From Eledone cirrhosa (lineage: Eukaryota): a stretch of DNA of 64,000 bases. Both the position numbers and the translations under genes were made by a program. The notes below the pieces were generated by a model. The model was not told where the DNA came from, searched no databases, and saw nothing but the letters and a program-made list of their open reading frames with translations. This document shows, piece by piece, positions 1-14,421 of this stretch; the stretch's first letter is position 1; every line of letters starts with the position of its first letter. Where the stretch lies: positions 403,186,001 through 403,250,000 of the forward strand of contig OZ024740.1 of assembly GCA_964016885.1 (NCBI GenBank), given 5' to 3'.

Positions 1-463
1 AACCTGTCAAAGGGCAAAGGAGCTCTTAAGAGTCAATGGCCATCCAAAATCACCGGGAGAGATGACCCCTTAGCCTTTGTCAAGGCAGAATTCTAGGAGA
101 AGGAAAACTCTGATATAACACCTGCAACCCTGATGGTATCCAATGATGTTGACTTGTTCTTCTTTTTGGTAAATATCATCTTGGTTAAGAGAGTGGGACT
201 GGCTTTGTGCAGTGCCTTTGCTCACTATAAAAGCTTCACGGCACAGGCATTGCTTTATATCTGGAGATCTCTCTGCACTTGTCGTCACATGGTACCATGG
301 GCCCAGCACTATGTGTCAGTAATTGTCACAAGTGTAGTGTTTGTACCAGAGTTTTCAAGTCGCTGGCTGGACTAAAAAGTCACACTCGTTCAGCGCATCG
401 GTAGGGGTTCTCCTACATGGATATAAAGTAGTGGCCGTACTCGAAAACGAGTTGGCAGCCACC
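1..463. mobile_element. Copy 1 (cut by window edge) of an unclassified ~530-bp interspersed repeat
   Basis: Reverse complement of 27494-28025 and 28548-29079, near identical; ends in a (TATG)n tract. Confidence 0.85.
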
Positions 464-556
464 ATGTATGTATGTATGTATACAGTGGGTACATACGAAA
501 GAGAAGAGCCATCAACATATGTGGAAGTTGATAGTTTTAACAGTCGGACTTATATC

Positions 557-604
557 TGTATTACACATTGTTTCGCAGATGTGAACACACCTCTTTCAGA
601 TACA
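557..604 (-). ncRNA. Degenerate type I hammerhead ribozyme
   Basis: Minus strand: TGTAT-CTGAAAGA-ggtgtgttcacatctgc-GAAA-CAatgTG-TA-ATACA; stems I and III in register, one extra A in the core. Confidence 0.5.
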
Positions 605-2495
605 ATGGTCGGGGCATGTTATCTCGGGCCGCCTTTACTGGGTTCCGACCATTTGTTGGTGCTGGGGGTAAGATAGTGCCACGAATTGAATATGTGTTTG
701 GCGACAACTAGGTATCTTGGTGGCGTCTGATCTACGATGATCAGCTTAGCGACATCAGATACCTCAGTATGTATCCTACTGATGCTGGCAGATCTTCATC
801 TTGATGCATATGATATTGGTGTCTATGTTGCTTTTGTTGGTTTGGAGATGCTGTTGGATTGTATGGGCATTTTTATGGTGCCATTACTAATCCTAATGTG
901 GAGCCTGTTTGCTCTGCTTATACATATGGGCTGAGCTGTGTTTGTGGTATATCCGAGGCTCGAGATTGAAATTGCCTAACGATGCAATTCTCTGGTTGCA
1001 GCAAAACAATGTTGTGGGATATTGTAGTATACAAGCATCAGTTGTACTCCCGTTTTCCTGGCTAGCAAGGAAGTCTTCTATCAAGGATGTTCTGTTTAAA
1101 TCCCACCTCCCTGTACCACTTCATGTGGAGGTTCTACAGTCAAGGTTTTATTATCCCCAGTGGGCGCATTATGGACATTGCTCCAACAACGTGGTTCTTA
1201 TCGTTCCAAACGCCTTCGAAATTTGTGTTTAAGCCAAAGATGTTTCATTTTATTCCATGAGAAATACTGTGAACTTGCTGGCATACATCTAAATATTGAC
1301 TAAGACTTTCATCTCTACAATAATTTAAAAGGTAGTGGAAAAGATTCTTTCTCTCATATATACACCAGGGCAGAACACAAAGAACCAAACTCCCACTGCC
1401 ACTGTCTCCGTCTCTCCCACTCTCCCCATCTCTCTTTTGAGCAAATGGGGGTCCACGCACTGACCGAATAAAGAAGGCGTTTCCTCGGAAAGGTGAGAGA
1501 GACGCGCTAGAAGAGGCACTCCATTTACGAGGCTAACACTTGCAGGTAGCCAGCTCTGTGCCGATGGTTGTGAACAAGGAGGTGACCCTAGGGCCAAGGA
1601 CACCAGAAGTGTCCACTGCCATGAGCTAGACCGCAAACCTCTCGGAGAGCGACCGATATTTGGCCAGTTTGCCATCCTCTATCTGAAGTGCAGCAGAACC
1701 TTTTTTCCAAAAGACTAATAATCCCTCTCATCTCCTTTAGGCAAATGGCCTTTAGACCACCGTATTTGGACCTTTCCTCAATTTACCCTACCCAAAGATT
1801 GTTAATAACATGTTCATACATCTTTAAATTGTTTCCCCAACATTGCTCAGATAAACTGTGCACCAATATTTTATATTCTATGTTTTTTCCTTCAAATATT
1901 TATTATTAAAAGACTATATATTCTCTAACATTCTATTAATTCGACTTTGTTTTCCCCTTCAAATGCATATATACAAACATTGTCTTATATTAACACGTAT
2001 TTACGAATGTAATTTATTTTATTTTATTGTCTTACTCATTTTTTCAATGTACACATTCTCAGATTTCAAACTTTCAAATATTTAGGAATGAGGAAATAGA
2101 TGAATAGGAATACCTTTTCATGTCAATAAAAATAAATATAGGCAATGTAGTTAATTATACATTGAGATGTGTATTTCATTAAATTTTCTTATAACCAAAT
2201 AGTGTAACACACAGATTAGTTTGCAAAACATGGAGGTTTATGGCACTGATAGAAATTAAATGCAGAAGGAAAGTAATATTTCAATGTATTCTTTTATTTT
2301 AAATTATTAACAACATGTATGCATATTCAAGTTGCTCCAAAACGTTCACATAAATATTTATTGGAAGTTAAATAAATTAAATTGCCTAAATGGATTATTA
2401 TATTATTCTCTCTCTTTCTTTCTTACCCCCACGCTCTGTAAATATATTTATGTGCGTATATAATCATATATATACACACACATATACATAAACAA

Positions 2496-2590
<95 letters not shown>

Positions 2591-2600
2591 ATCAACAACT

Positions 2601-2649
2601 GAAGTTTATTATGTTTCCTGTTTGCCTATATGTAACAGACGTCAGCTTC
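2601..2649 (-). ncRNA. Decayed hammerhead-like motif
   Basis: Minus strand: GAAG-CTGACGt-ctgtt..aacag-GAAA-cataa-TA-aaCTTC; core A9 changed, stem III broken; lies in a (TA)n-flanked insert 2587-2877. Confidence 0.35.
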
Positions 2650-2869
2650 TGCTAAGTTTTTTAAATGTCGATGTTTTTCTGAGACAAACACAACTCCCAT
2701 GTTACTAAAACGTAAACCCAAAACAGATGTGAATCGAAATCCAATCTTTCAATATGTGGTGTCACTTTGACAAATCAAAGAGGAAAAACAGACCCTTAAA
2801 TGTGTCTCCCGTGCTATTTGAAACTTCATCTTTTCTCTCTCCACTGTTTTGTATAGAACCTCACTTCCC

Positions 2870-2951
<82 letters not shown>

Positions 2952-3189
2952 AATATAAATTTAGCGAGAATCGCATTTTGACGGGTAGAAATTATCGAAA
3001 CGCAACTTCCGTATTGCGTTGATAAGCGCTCTATGGATATGAAGATACCAGAGCTATAAACATAAGTTAAAAAGGTCATACAAACTGAGACGATGGTTAA
3101 GAAGCCATTTACCACCTGAGCCAATGCGTTGGGCAGGAAGCGAAATATTTACTTACTGTAGGGCTGGCAACCTTATAGTGTGGAAATAA

Positions 3190-3270
3190 GCTGTCTGAAG
3201 ATTCATTTCTTTCCATTGGAAATTCTCTGGATTTCCAATCTTTTGGAGTGATGAAACCGTCGGTAACAGC
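3190..3270 (+). ncRNA. Type I hammerhead ribozyme with extended stem II
   Basis: GCTGT-CTGAAGA-[long stem II with attggaaat/atttccaat hairpin]-GAAA-CCGtCGG-TA-ACAGC; GUA cleavage triplet; inside (TA)n-flanked insert 2949-3432. Confidence 0.9.
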
Positions 3271-3428
3271 AATAGAATAGGTGATTATTTAAATCGTTTT
3301 TTAATTTATTTAGAGTATTGTTTGATAACCGCTTGCTCCGCTATTTTTATATTGTTCTGGTATCTCAAATATTATAAACACCGTGCATATTTCTACAAGT
3401 ACATAGTGCCTGTTGAAGTATTCATCCA

Positions 3429-4182
<754 letters not shown>

Positions 4183-4352
4183 AGGTAAATATACACGGGT
4201 GTGTATGATTGTGTATAGAAGATTATATTAATAAGAGGAATTCCAACTTTGTCTGATTTACTCGTTTTATTTACAATCCTTTAAAATATATATAATATAA
4301 TATGGTATTATAATGAAATAGTATGATAGAATATTAAATTCTAAGTGTTAAT

Positions 4353-4391
4353 TGAACAAGTACTTTCATGCTTTCGCAATCTTCAGGTTCA
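4353..4391 (-). ncRNA. Minimal type I hammerhead ribozyme in the PLE 3' region
   Basis: Minus strand: TGAAC-CTGAAGA-tTGCgaaaGCAt-GAAA-GTAC-TT-GTTCA; palindromic stem III; ~370 nt downstream of the GIY-YIG ORF on the same strand. Confidence 0.9.
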
Positions 4392-4762
4392 TGATATGTG
4401 GTGACAGTCGAGTTTGCAATTTTCAACTGTAATGAGATGGGTAAATTTACTACCTTTTATACATTTTATACAGAGAAAAGTGGCTCCGGAATGCAAAGCC
4501 CTGTAAACTGTATTTCGACCAATCAGTGTGTAGTTTCACTGAATTACTACAGCTGATTTGTTTGAGCGTCACGGCTGGTTGAGCATGCTAACGTCCAATA
4601 GTCATACCCAACGTATCAATTGTTTTGCTTTTTGAAATGATGAAAATAGCATTTTCTATTAATCATCACCATCAACATCACTTTTATTATTATTATTATT
4701 ATTGTTGTTGTTGTTAGTGGTCGTGGTCATAGTGGTAGTAGAAGTAATACCCCTATGCGTTA

Positions 4763-5242
4763 TTATTGTTCATTTAGCTTGGGTTTGAATTTATCAATAA
4801 AATTCTTTTCTTTGATTTTTCTCTTGATTTCACTTGGGCTGTGTAATTTGTAGAATGGGAATATTATAAATATTCCCTGACCACATGTTGCCAGGTGGCC
4901 GCTTAGGGGTATCTGACGGACATTTGGGTCTCTGATTTGTTGACGGTGTACCCGTGCACGTTCCGATAGTGCATTTCCAGTTTGACCGACATATAGTTCT
5001 TCACAATTCGGGCATTTAATGCAGTAAATTAGATTTCTGCTTTTGCAGTTCATATTTGCATTTGTGAATATTTTTCCAGTTTTTGTTTTCATATATTGAC
5101 CGGCGTGTATGGATTGACATGTGCCGCATCGATTATCATTGCATTTAGATACAGTGAATGATTGGTCTTTGTTGTTACGGTCAAACTTTGCTTTTGTTAG
5201 TAATTGCTTCAAATTTTTTGGCTGTCTTTTACTAAGAGTCAA
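4763..5242 (-). pseudogene. C-terminal GIY-YIG endonuclease of a 5'-truncated Penelope-like element (Neptune-type)
   Basis: KCNDNRCGTC linker finger, NLIYCIKCPNC..LYVGQTG, R..HR, C-terminal PKLN; no RT upstream, (TA)n at the truncation. Confidence 0.9.
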
Positions 5243-5252
5243 AGATCGATCT

Positions 5253-5291
<39 letters not shown>

Positions 5292-5319
5292 TTTGCTTAA
5301 ACTTTAATCTGTTATTTTA

Positions 5320-5359
<40 letters not shown>

Positions 5360-5794
5360 CAAAGGAATTGTGGTAAGGAACCAGATGGACCATAACGCAC
5401 CAGAGTACTCAATACTTAGGATAGTAGAGTGGGAAATAGGAAAAAGTATGGACTCAGAAATAGCCGTCGAAACGGCTTAAGCTCTGCCGTCGGGGTCATA
5501 CTTTTTCCTATATATATATATATATAAATGGAAAAAATGAAACAAAATTTCATTTCTCACTCTTAGTACGGCTGTTACTTAAATGTAAGTATCTATGTAT
5601 ACGTATATACATATATGTATACAGACGTATAGTAGTATGTATATATATACATACATGTGCACATATATATATGTACGTATCGGTTTACCGAACATTTATT
5701 ATAATGTTCGGTTTGTTTGTAAACAAACATGCCGAATTAAGCCGTACAGTGTTTAGCAACCATTGTTGCCCTTTTGTTCAACACTGACAAAGGA

Positions 5795-5837
5795 ACGAAG
5801 TACTAGTTTCAAGCTTATTAGCTATCGTCAGCATCGT
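5795..5837 (-). ncRNA. Minimal type I hammerhead ribozyme (family shared with 58702-58744)
   Basis: Minus strand: ACGATG-CTGACGA-tAGCTaataAGCTt-GAAA-CTAG-TA-CTTCGT; in element 5528-6070, which has a partial direct repeat at 5959. Confidence 0.85.
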
Positions 5838-6339
5838 ATACCTTCCTGCCGGATGATTGAACGTCTGAAAGTATATACTTTCCTTATGCATATTAACGGC
5901 TGAGCAGCCTAATTTGCATATCGAGTGAGTTTATTTGGCCGGGCGCACCGAAAACGATAAATGGAAAAAATGAAACAAAATTTCATTTCTCACTTTTAGT
6001 ACGGCAGTTACTTAAATGTAAGTATGTATGTATACGTACATACGTATATGTATACAGACGTACAGTATATATATATAGAGAAGAAGCTTCTACAGGACTA
6101 GAACTGTTTCATTCGGGAGAAATCATGAGGGCTTCCTGATGATTTCTCCCTGTAGAAGCTTTTTCTATATTAAATATTTATACTCTGCTTTGTATTGAGT
6201 ACCTTACTTACTGTGGTTACCCCCGCTTGAATCCGGGATAAACTTATGTATGTATATATATAAATCGAACCGAGAAAACAAAGTTTCCGTTGCTCTTTCC
6301 AATTGCTAATACCTCTATCGGTCGCAATTCCAGGTAGCA

Positions 6340-6447
6340 ACGTGATATAAAGTGTCTTGCTCAAGGACATAACCCTCGCCCGCTCCGGTAATTGAACTGA
6401 CAACCTCACAATTGCAAATCCAATTCTCTAACTACTCAGCCATATGT
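6340..6447 (-). mobile_element. tRNA-derived SINE head with CORE-like segment (related copies ~18730-19025, ~59700-59975)
   Basis: Minus strand has GTAGTTAGAG..GTTCAATTACCGG A/B-box-like head then TCCTTGAGCAAGACACTT, resembling the CORE domain. Confidence 0.65.
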
Positions 6448-6565
6448 ATGATAGAATCCGCCTTGATCGGTTACAATGATGAGTGTTTCAGTTGTTCAGT
6501 ATATATATATATGTGTGCCTGTGTGTGTGTATGTGTGTGGTTGTGTGTGTGTGTGTGTGCCTGTT

Positions 6566-6602
<37 letters not shown>

Positions 6603-6653
6603 CTCCGTGTTTATGTGTGTGCGTCTGTGTGCGTATTTGTGTTTGTATACATA

Positions 6654-6775
<122 letters not shown>

Positions 6776-6886
6776 GAAGCAGCAGAAACATAGAGAAAGG
6801 GCGAAGGCTTCATGAACATCATCTTTTCCGTTCCCTTGTCATTTTAATTTGGATTACCTCGAGAACGTAACCTTATTATGTAAGAA

Positions 6887-6961
6887 GCTGTCTGATGAGA
6901 TCATGGCACTGGTTAGGCGGAATCGCGTGGCAACTGTTGTCATTGAAATATCTATCACAAC
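6887..6961 (+). ncRNA. Partly decayed type I hammerhead with long stem II
   Basis: GCTGT-CTGATGA-...-GAAA-TAtcTA-TC-ACAAC; one stem I mismatch, imperfect stem II. Confidence 0.65.
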
Positions 6962-7008
6962 AAATGACTTTAACATCTGAAACTAATTCGCATTTTGTTA
7001 TAATATAA

Positions 7009-7067
<59 letters not shown>

Positions 7068-7420
7068 CTGCTTCCCCCCTCTCTCTGTATCTCTCACCTT
7101 CTTTTACCCCTTCTGTCAGTCACACTCTCTCTCGAATGGCCTCTTCCTCACACTTCCACTCACTCACTCTCTGCTTCTGCCCCTCTCTCACTTACTCCCG
7201 TTTGACCTGTGTGAAATCCTTTTCTCGCTCACATCTCACCCATGTCGGATGGTCTGTATATCCCTCTCGCCTATGAATTCACCAAGCTTAAGCTTAATAG
7301 ATATCGTGGACTTGTTTCTTCCTATCTTTCCGTTGCAATACCATCTTTGTTTATTTACATGTCTTGCTCGCTTCACGCTACATTACTTGTCGCAATAGCT
7401 TTATTTAGCTATTGCTTGCA

Positions 7421-7490
7421 CCAACTATAGCTATATGATTTTTAAAGAGATGAAATACCTATGACGGTTAGAAAATAACTGATGAAGGAC
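7421..7490 (+). ncRNA. Non-circularly permuted hammerhead-like motif, diverged copy
   Basis: gcta-TA-TGATTTT..GAAA-TACC..AAAATAA-CTGATGA; homolog of 17763-17827; in (TA)n-flanked element ~7068-7548. Confidence 0.6.
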
Positions 7491-7721
7491 TTATTTTATT
7501 CATATGTAACCCATGTGCAACCACGCAGCACTCCATTCTTCTCATATTTATATATATATATATATATATATATTATTATGCTTTGGGAGGGTCATGTTGC
7601 CAATAACACACGCACCAGTTGCATTCACTCCAATTTATTATAAATTAAATTTATAAATTTAAGAATTCATAAATTTCCGGTTGGTTGTTTGGTTCCATAA
7701 CCGGACGGTTGTTCATATATT

Positions 7722-7764
7722 GTCAAAGTTCTTTCGTCACACATCATGTGACTTCTTCAGTGAC
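7722..7764 (-). ncRNA. Minimal type I hammerhead ribozyme
   Basis: Minus strand: GTCA-CTGAAGA-a-GTCACAtgatgTGTGAC-GAAA-GaaC-TT-TGAC. Confidence 0.85.
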
Positions 7765-7849
7765 TGGGGATTCTTTTCTTTGTTTTGTTTCTGTCCTTTA
7801 TTCTGTCCTACGCCATCTTCTATATATATATATCAAAATAACAGATTAA

Positions 7850-7900
7850 AGTTTAAGCAAATAATCGCTGCTTTCACCCTTAACGGGATCTTCAGAAACT
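7850..7900 (-). ncRNA. Type I hammerhead ribozyme; inverted copy with mutated core at ~8350-8400, halves at ~8280-8312 and ~10375-10440
   Basis: Minus strand: AGTTT-CTGAAGA-tCCCgttaaGGGt-GAAA-GCA..TGC-TT-AAACT. Confidence 0.88.
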
Positions 7901-8552
7901 AAAAAAATCAATCTGTGAACGCAGAAGTAAATATTTCGAAAAACGTTGCAACCGAAGGAAGAGAGGAAGACGATACTTTGGTTCGTTTCCCTGATTATCG
8001 AAATAAAAGGTACGCTAACGCAACCTTTTAACGAACGAGTCTGTTTTCTGTATCAGGAGTTTTAGGTATTTCTTCCTGCTTGGTACGGGTATATTCTTTG
8101 TAGAAATATTCAGATGTTGTTTCTGCATGATGAATATAAGTCAATAGAGTGCTCAACCGAGGGAGCCAAATAGTAATAATAATAAATTTGAAGACTAAAA
8201 TCTAAAGAGGGCTCGATAAGGATGAATATATATCAAATATATAAGAACCGTAGAAAAAATATTTATTAAAATAACAGATTAGAGTTTAAGCAAAGAATCG
8301 CTGCTTTCACCCTGAAATATTTACTTCTGCGTTCACAGATTGATTTTTTAGTTTCAGAAGATCCCGTTAAGGGTGAAAGCAGCGATTCTTTGCTTAAATT
8401 TTTATCTGTTATTTTAATAAATATTTGCTCTACGGTTCTTATATATTTGATATATATTTATCATTATCGAGCCCTCTTTGGATTTTAGTCTTCAAATTTA
8501 TTATTATTACTATATATATATATGACAGTATCGGAGACGAATTCATATACTA

Positions 8553-8646
8553 AGCATATCTGACGACCTTTCGATTACAGAGTCAGGTTCGATCTATACT
8601 ATGTCTTACCTCGAGCTGATCGATAGTGAAACATATGTAATATGTT
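8553..8646 (+). ncRNA. Type I hammerhead ribozyme with extended stem II
   Basis: AGCATAT-CTGACGA-[tcgat..atcga extended helix]-GAAA-CATATG-TA-ATATGTT; palindromic stem III. Confidence 0.85.
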
Positions 8647-8695
8647 ATTAAATATGTTATAATGCAACACTGAATCCTTGTTCCTTATCCTTATA

Positions 8696-8791
<96 letters not shown>

Positions 8792-8831
8792 TAAATAAAA
8801 GTCAAATGATTAAAATTTAGCTTCGTTTATT

Positions 8832-8886
8832 ACTGCTATATATATTTCAGTGACAGCCATCTTTGGCTGTGACCTCTTCAGGCAGT
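8832..8886 (-). ncRNA. Type I hammerhead ribozyme
   Basis: Minus strand: ACTGC-CTGAAGA-ggtcACAGCCaaagatGGCTGTcact-GAAA-TATATA-TA-GCAGT. Confidence 0.88.
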
Positions 8887-10029
8887 TTGAATTAGTATGG
8901 TATAGACAAGTACATATGTTGTTTAGGTGTATGATATTGTCAATACTCTGATATGCCCAGTTCCTTGTTGGGTTGTTAATTCACTGGGGAACTGGAGTCA
9001 TATGAATTCAAACAAACGAATTTTCGTGTCACAGGTCCCCTTCTCCTCTCATTGGTCAGTTATTAGAACATTCCTCATTCTAAGTGTTGTTATTGTTGGA
9101 GTTAGCTTAAAAATTGATAAAATGGTAGAAGGGACAGGGTGTTAAAGGAACAAAATAACAAAAAAAGTGTCAAACTTCCCATTGTTCAGTTCTGAGAGCA
9201 TTCCTCAGTCAGAAGTCTATAGAATTCTTTCTGGGGTGAGGCTCCCTGTAGTGTTTTTGCCTGCTATTGTTCAGTACATTTGACCTCCACCATTATTTTG
9301 GTACTGTTGTTGTTGTAGTGGTCAGCTTATATCTTGCTGCTGCTGCTAACAATTTAGAAGTATCCAGTTTGTGTTTTTTCTTCATCCCTCCCGCCACCAT
9401 CGTAGTGGTGGGGTGGGGGGGGTTCTTTCATGTATATGAAGAAATATAAGGCAATAAATGAAGAAAACAGAAAATAAATAAATAATATAATAAAATAAAA
9501 TAATTAATATAATTTGTGTAATTTGAAAATAAATAAATAAATAGAGAATAAAGAATAAAGAGTAAATGAGAGATTGGTGAAAAAGTAATGATAATGTATA
9601 TGGAGAAGTGAGGAATAATGTAGGATAAAGTGTGTGTGTGTGTGCTATAACCAATCTCAAGGTCAGAATATGTTGGATAGATTGGTATGATACAAGATGT
9701 TAAGATGAGATATTCAATGTGTTTGTGTTATAATCTATCTCAACTTAAAATAAATATAAGGTGATACAGTGAAGAGGGCAGAAAACAAATAACAAATTAA
9801 TAAAGAGAAATCAAGATTTAAGATTGGAACTTAAAATCTGGTAAATTAAAAGTGTTTGTGTTATAGATGTTGGCCAAATTATTATGGCTGTGTCCGATTC
9901 TATCTCTAGGCTATCATGGTGTCTGCTCCGCCTGGGTTGTTCCCTGTGGCTTGAGGGGAGTTCACAACCTAGGGTGTTGTTATTGCCCATATAGCTTGGG
10001 GGAGGTCTGGCCGAGAGGTGTTTTCAAAA

Positions 10030-10080
10030 TGCCTGAAGAGGTCACAGCCAAAGATGGCTGTCACTGAAATATATATAGCA
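10030..10080 (+). ncRNA. Type I hammerhead ribozyme (inverted partner of 8832-8886)
   Basis: TGC-CTGAAGA-ggtcacagccaaagatggctgtcact-GAAA-TATATA-TA-GCA. Confidence 0.85.
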
Positions 10081-10227
10081 GTAATAAACGAAGCTAAATT
10101 TTAATCATTTGACTTTTATTTAATTTATTTTACACTACTCCGGAGTAACCAAACCAACCTGCGCACTTCGTCGAGTGCTCCAGCCTGCATACTGAGGTGT
10201 TGGTATACAACCAACATAAACTCAAAA

Positions 10228-10274
<47 letters not shown>

Positions 10275-10454
10275 ATAATAATAAATTTAAAGACTAAAAT
10301 CCAAAGAGGGCTCGATAAGGATAAATATATATCAAATAGTTCCTAGAGCAAATATTTATCAAAATAACAGATCAAAGTTTAAGCAAAGAATCGCTGCTTT
10401 CACCCGTTAAGAGTGAAAGCAGCGATTCTTTGCTTAAATTTTGATCTGTTATTT

Positions 10455-10543
<89 letters not shown>

Positions 10544-10934
10544 GGAAAAGAAATCGAAAATGCAACTGGAGTCTTTTAAGAATATTTATTTATTTACTTT
10601 ACCGGTTTCACATTTCTTACGATTTTCTAAAGTAGAATTGAGATGGAGGGTTTGTGCTTCTGTTTGTGTTTCTGGTCTTAAAAGACTCCAGTTGCGTTTT
10701 CGATTTCTTTTCCTTATACTTTCACTCGTGAGAACATTTCATTTTTTTTTTCTTCTGTTGTTTTTTATTTCAAAAAAATCATTTTCATGTGTGTGTGTGT
10801 GTGTGTATGTGTGTGTGTAGTTAGCAATCAGTACCAATTCCTTTTCCCTCCCTTTCTCTTGGTAACAATACTAGTTTCTTTCTTTATTGCTCTTTGTCGA
10901 AAACAAATTATTATTCTTTCACTCTCACCTCCTT

Positions 10935-11087
10935 CGTTCCTACTCCCTCCCTCTCTCATCACTCCCTCCCTTTCTCGTCACCACTTCCTCTCTCATCACC
11001 GCTCCCTCTCTCATCACCACTCCCTCTCTCATTACTCCCTCCCTCTCTCATCACTCCCTCCCTCTCTCATCACTCCCTCCCTCTCTA
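10935..11087. repeat. Pyrimidine-rich 15-19 bp minisatellite (ctccctccctctctcatca)
   Basis: Direct reading. Confidence 0.85.
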
Positions 11088-11119
11088 GATGTCTACACTT
11101 CCTCCCTGTAATTATCATA

Positions 11120-11497
11120 TGGGTGGTGGGTTGGCATAATCGGTAGAGGGTCGGACGCCATGCTTTGACGCATAGAGTTACGGCCCTTGCCATTCTGAGT
11201 TCAAATCCCGCCGAGGTTTACTTTGCCTTTCATCCTTATGGGGTCGATAAAATAAAGTACCAGTAATACACTGGATAATTGCTGGCCTTGTGCCAAAAGT
11301 AGAAATAATTATTATATGGCAGTATCGGTAGAGCGTCGGACGCCATGCTTTGACGCATAGAGTTACGGCCCTTGCCATTCCGAGTTCAAATCCCGCTGAG
11401 GTTAACTTTGCCTTTCATCCTTACGGGGTCGATAAAATAAAGTACCAGTAATGCACTGGGTATTTGCTGGCCTTGTGCCCAAAAGTAGAAACAATTA
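11120..11497 (+). mobile_element. Two tandem copies of a ~180-bp tRNA-derived SINE
   Basis: GGCAGTATCGGTAGAG (A-box-like), GAGTTCAAATCCC (B-box), GCCTTTCATCCTTACGGGGTCGATAAAATAAAGTACC body, AAT-type tail. Confidence 0.85.
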
Positions 11498-11593
11498 TAT
11501 GTCCCATTGTCATATTCTTCCTCGTTATTTACATCTCTCATTGCCCCTCACACACCTTTTTGTGTTTTCTCCTGACTGTTTTTCGATTTACTA

Positions 11594-11760
11594 CACACAC
11601 ACACACACACGCACACATTCACACACACACACTGACAAACAAACAGACACACATTCACTCCCAGATACACACACACACTCACACACACACACACATTCAC
11701 ACACACATACACACACACTGACAAACACAAACAAACATATAGACACACATTTACTCCCAG

Positions 11761-11835
<75 letters not shown>

Positions 11836-12120
11836 CACACTGACAATTACAAACACAAACAAACAAATAGACACACATTCACTCCCAGATACACACACAC
11901 TCTCACACACACACACGCTGACAATCACAAACACAAACAAACAAATAGACACACATTCACTCCCAGATACACACACACATACACACACACACACTGACAA
12001 TCACAAACACAAACAAACAAATAGACACACATTCACTCCCAGATACACACACACTCACACACACACACACGCTGACAATCACAAACACAATCAAACAAAT
12101 AGACACACATTCACTCCCAG

Positions 12121-12164
<44 letters not shown>

Positions 12165-12236
12165 ACAATCACAAACACAAACAAACAAATAGACACACAT
12201 TCACTCCCAGATACACACTCACACTCACACACACAA
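11594..12236. repeat. Compound minisatellite: 7 units of a ~50-bp cassette separated by variable (CA)n
   Basis: TGACAATCACAAACACAAACAAACAAATAGACACACATTCACTCCCAGATA repeated. Confidence 0.9.
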
Positions 12237-12408
12237 ATAAAAATACTCACATACATGTACATTCCTACATCCGTTTTAACATATTTTGCTAGTGTTATAA
12301 GCTCGTTCCGATATTATATTTGGATTATTCTCTGTTGCAGCTCTTCTGTTCTAAATGCAATTAATATTAAACATATGCAGTCTGAATTTTTAAAACGTAT
12401 TAATATTA

Positions 12409-12951
12409 TGGCAGTATCGGTAGAAAGTCGGACGCCATGCTTTGCAGCATAGAGTTACAGTCCTTTATCATCTGAGTTCATATCCCGCCAAGACTTTGCC
12501 TTTCATCCTTACGGGGTCGATAAAATAAAGTACAAGTCACGCACTGGAGTCGATTTAATCGACATTAGCCCCCCCCGCCCAAATTGCTGGCTTTGGGCCT
12601 ATATAAGAAATTATTACTATTAGGAATTGGCAGTATCGGTAGAGGGTCGGACATGCTTTAGAGCATAGTTACGTCTCTTTGCGATCTGAGTTCAAATCCC
12701 CCGAGGTTAACTTTGCCTTTCATTCTTGCAGGGTCGATAAAATAAAGTACCAGTAATGTACTGGGTATTTCTGGCCGTGTGCCAAAAGTAGAAACAATTA
12801 TTATGAATAATTGGCTGTATCGGTAATGGGTCGGACGCCATGCTTTGCAGCATAGAATTACAGCCCTTTACAGTTTGAGTTCAAATTCTGCCGAGGTTAA
12901 CTTTGCCTTTCATCCTTACAGGGTCTATAGAATAAAGTACCAGTAATGCAC
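12409..12951 (+). mobile_element. Three tandem copies of the same SINE
   Basis: Same head, body and tail motifs starting ~12409, ~12627, ~12812. Confidence 0.85.
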
Positions 12952-13026
12952 CTTATTTACGCCACAGATTTATGGGCAAGCTTTGAAACCCTTACATGTG
13001 TTGAGTAACATTAATATATATATATA

Positions 13027-14382
<1,356 letters not shown>

Positions 14383-14421
14383 TTATTTTATTTATTTATT
14401 TATTTATGTATATATATATAA

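Larger units (their letters stand above)
8788..10230. mobile_element. Non-coding PLE-like element with ~100-bp inverted HHR-containing segments
   Basis: 8788-8885 is the reverse complement of 10030-10126; (TA)n on both sides; no coding homology seen. Confidence 0.75.

Noticed and set aside
70-375. 79-80 aa ORFs recurring at 27.5 and 28.6 kb
   Set aside because: Recurrence reflects recent repeat copies; both strands are open and no domain is recognisable
620-1800. Possible PLE coding remnant upstream of the 557-604 hammerhead
   Set aside because: Translations gave no motif I could identify
6081-6165. Hammerhead-like words in a small fold-back (also ~15280-15367, ~54860-54940, ~56265-56310, ~58170-58232)
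   Set aside because: Core or stems too degraded to call; probably decayed relatives
11317-11400. tRNA genes
   Set aside because: A/B boxes belong to SINE heads; no cloverleaf
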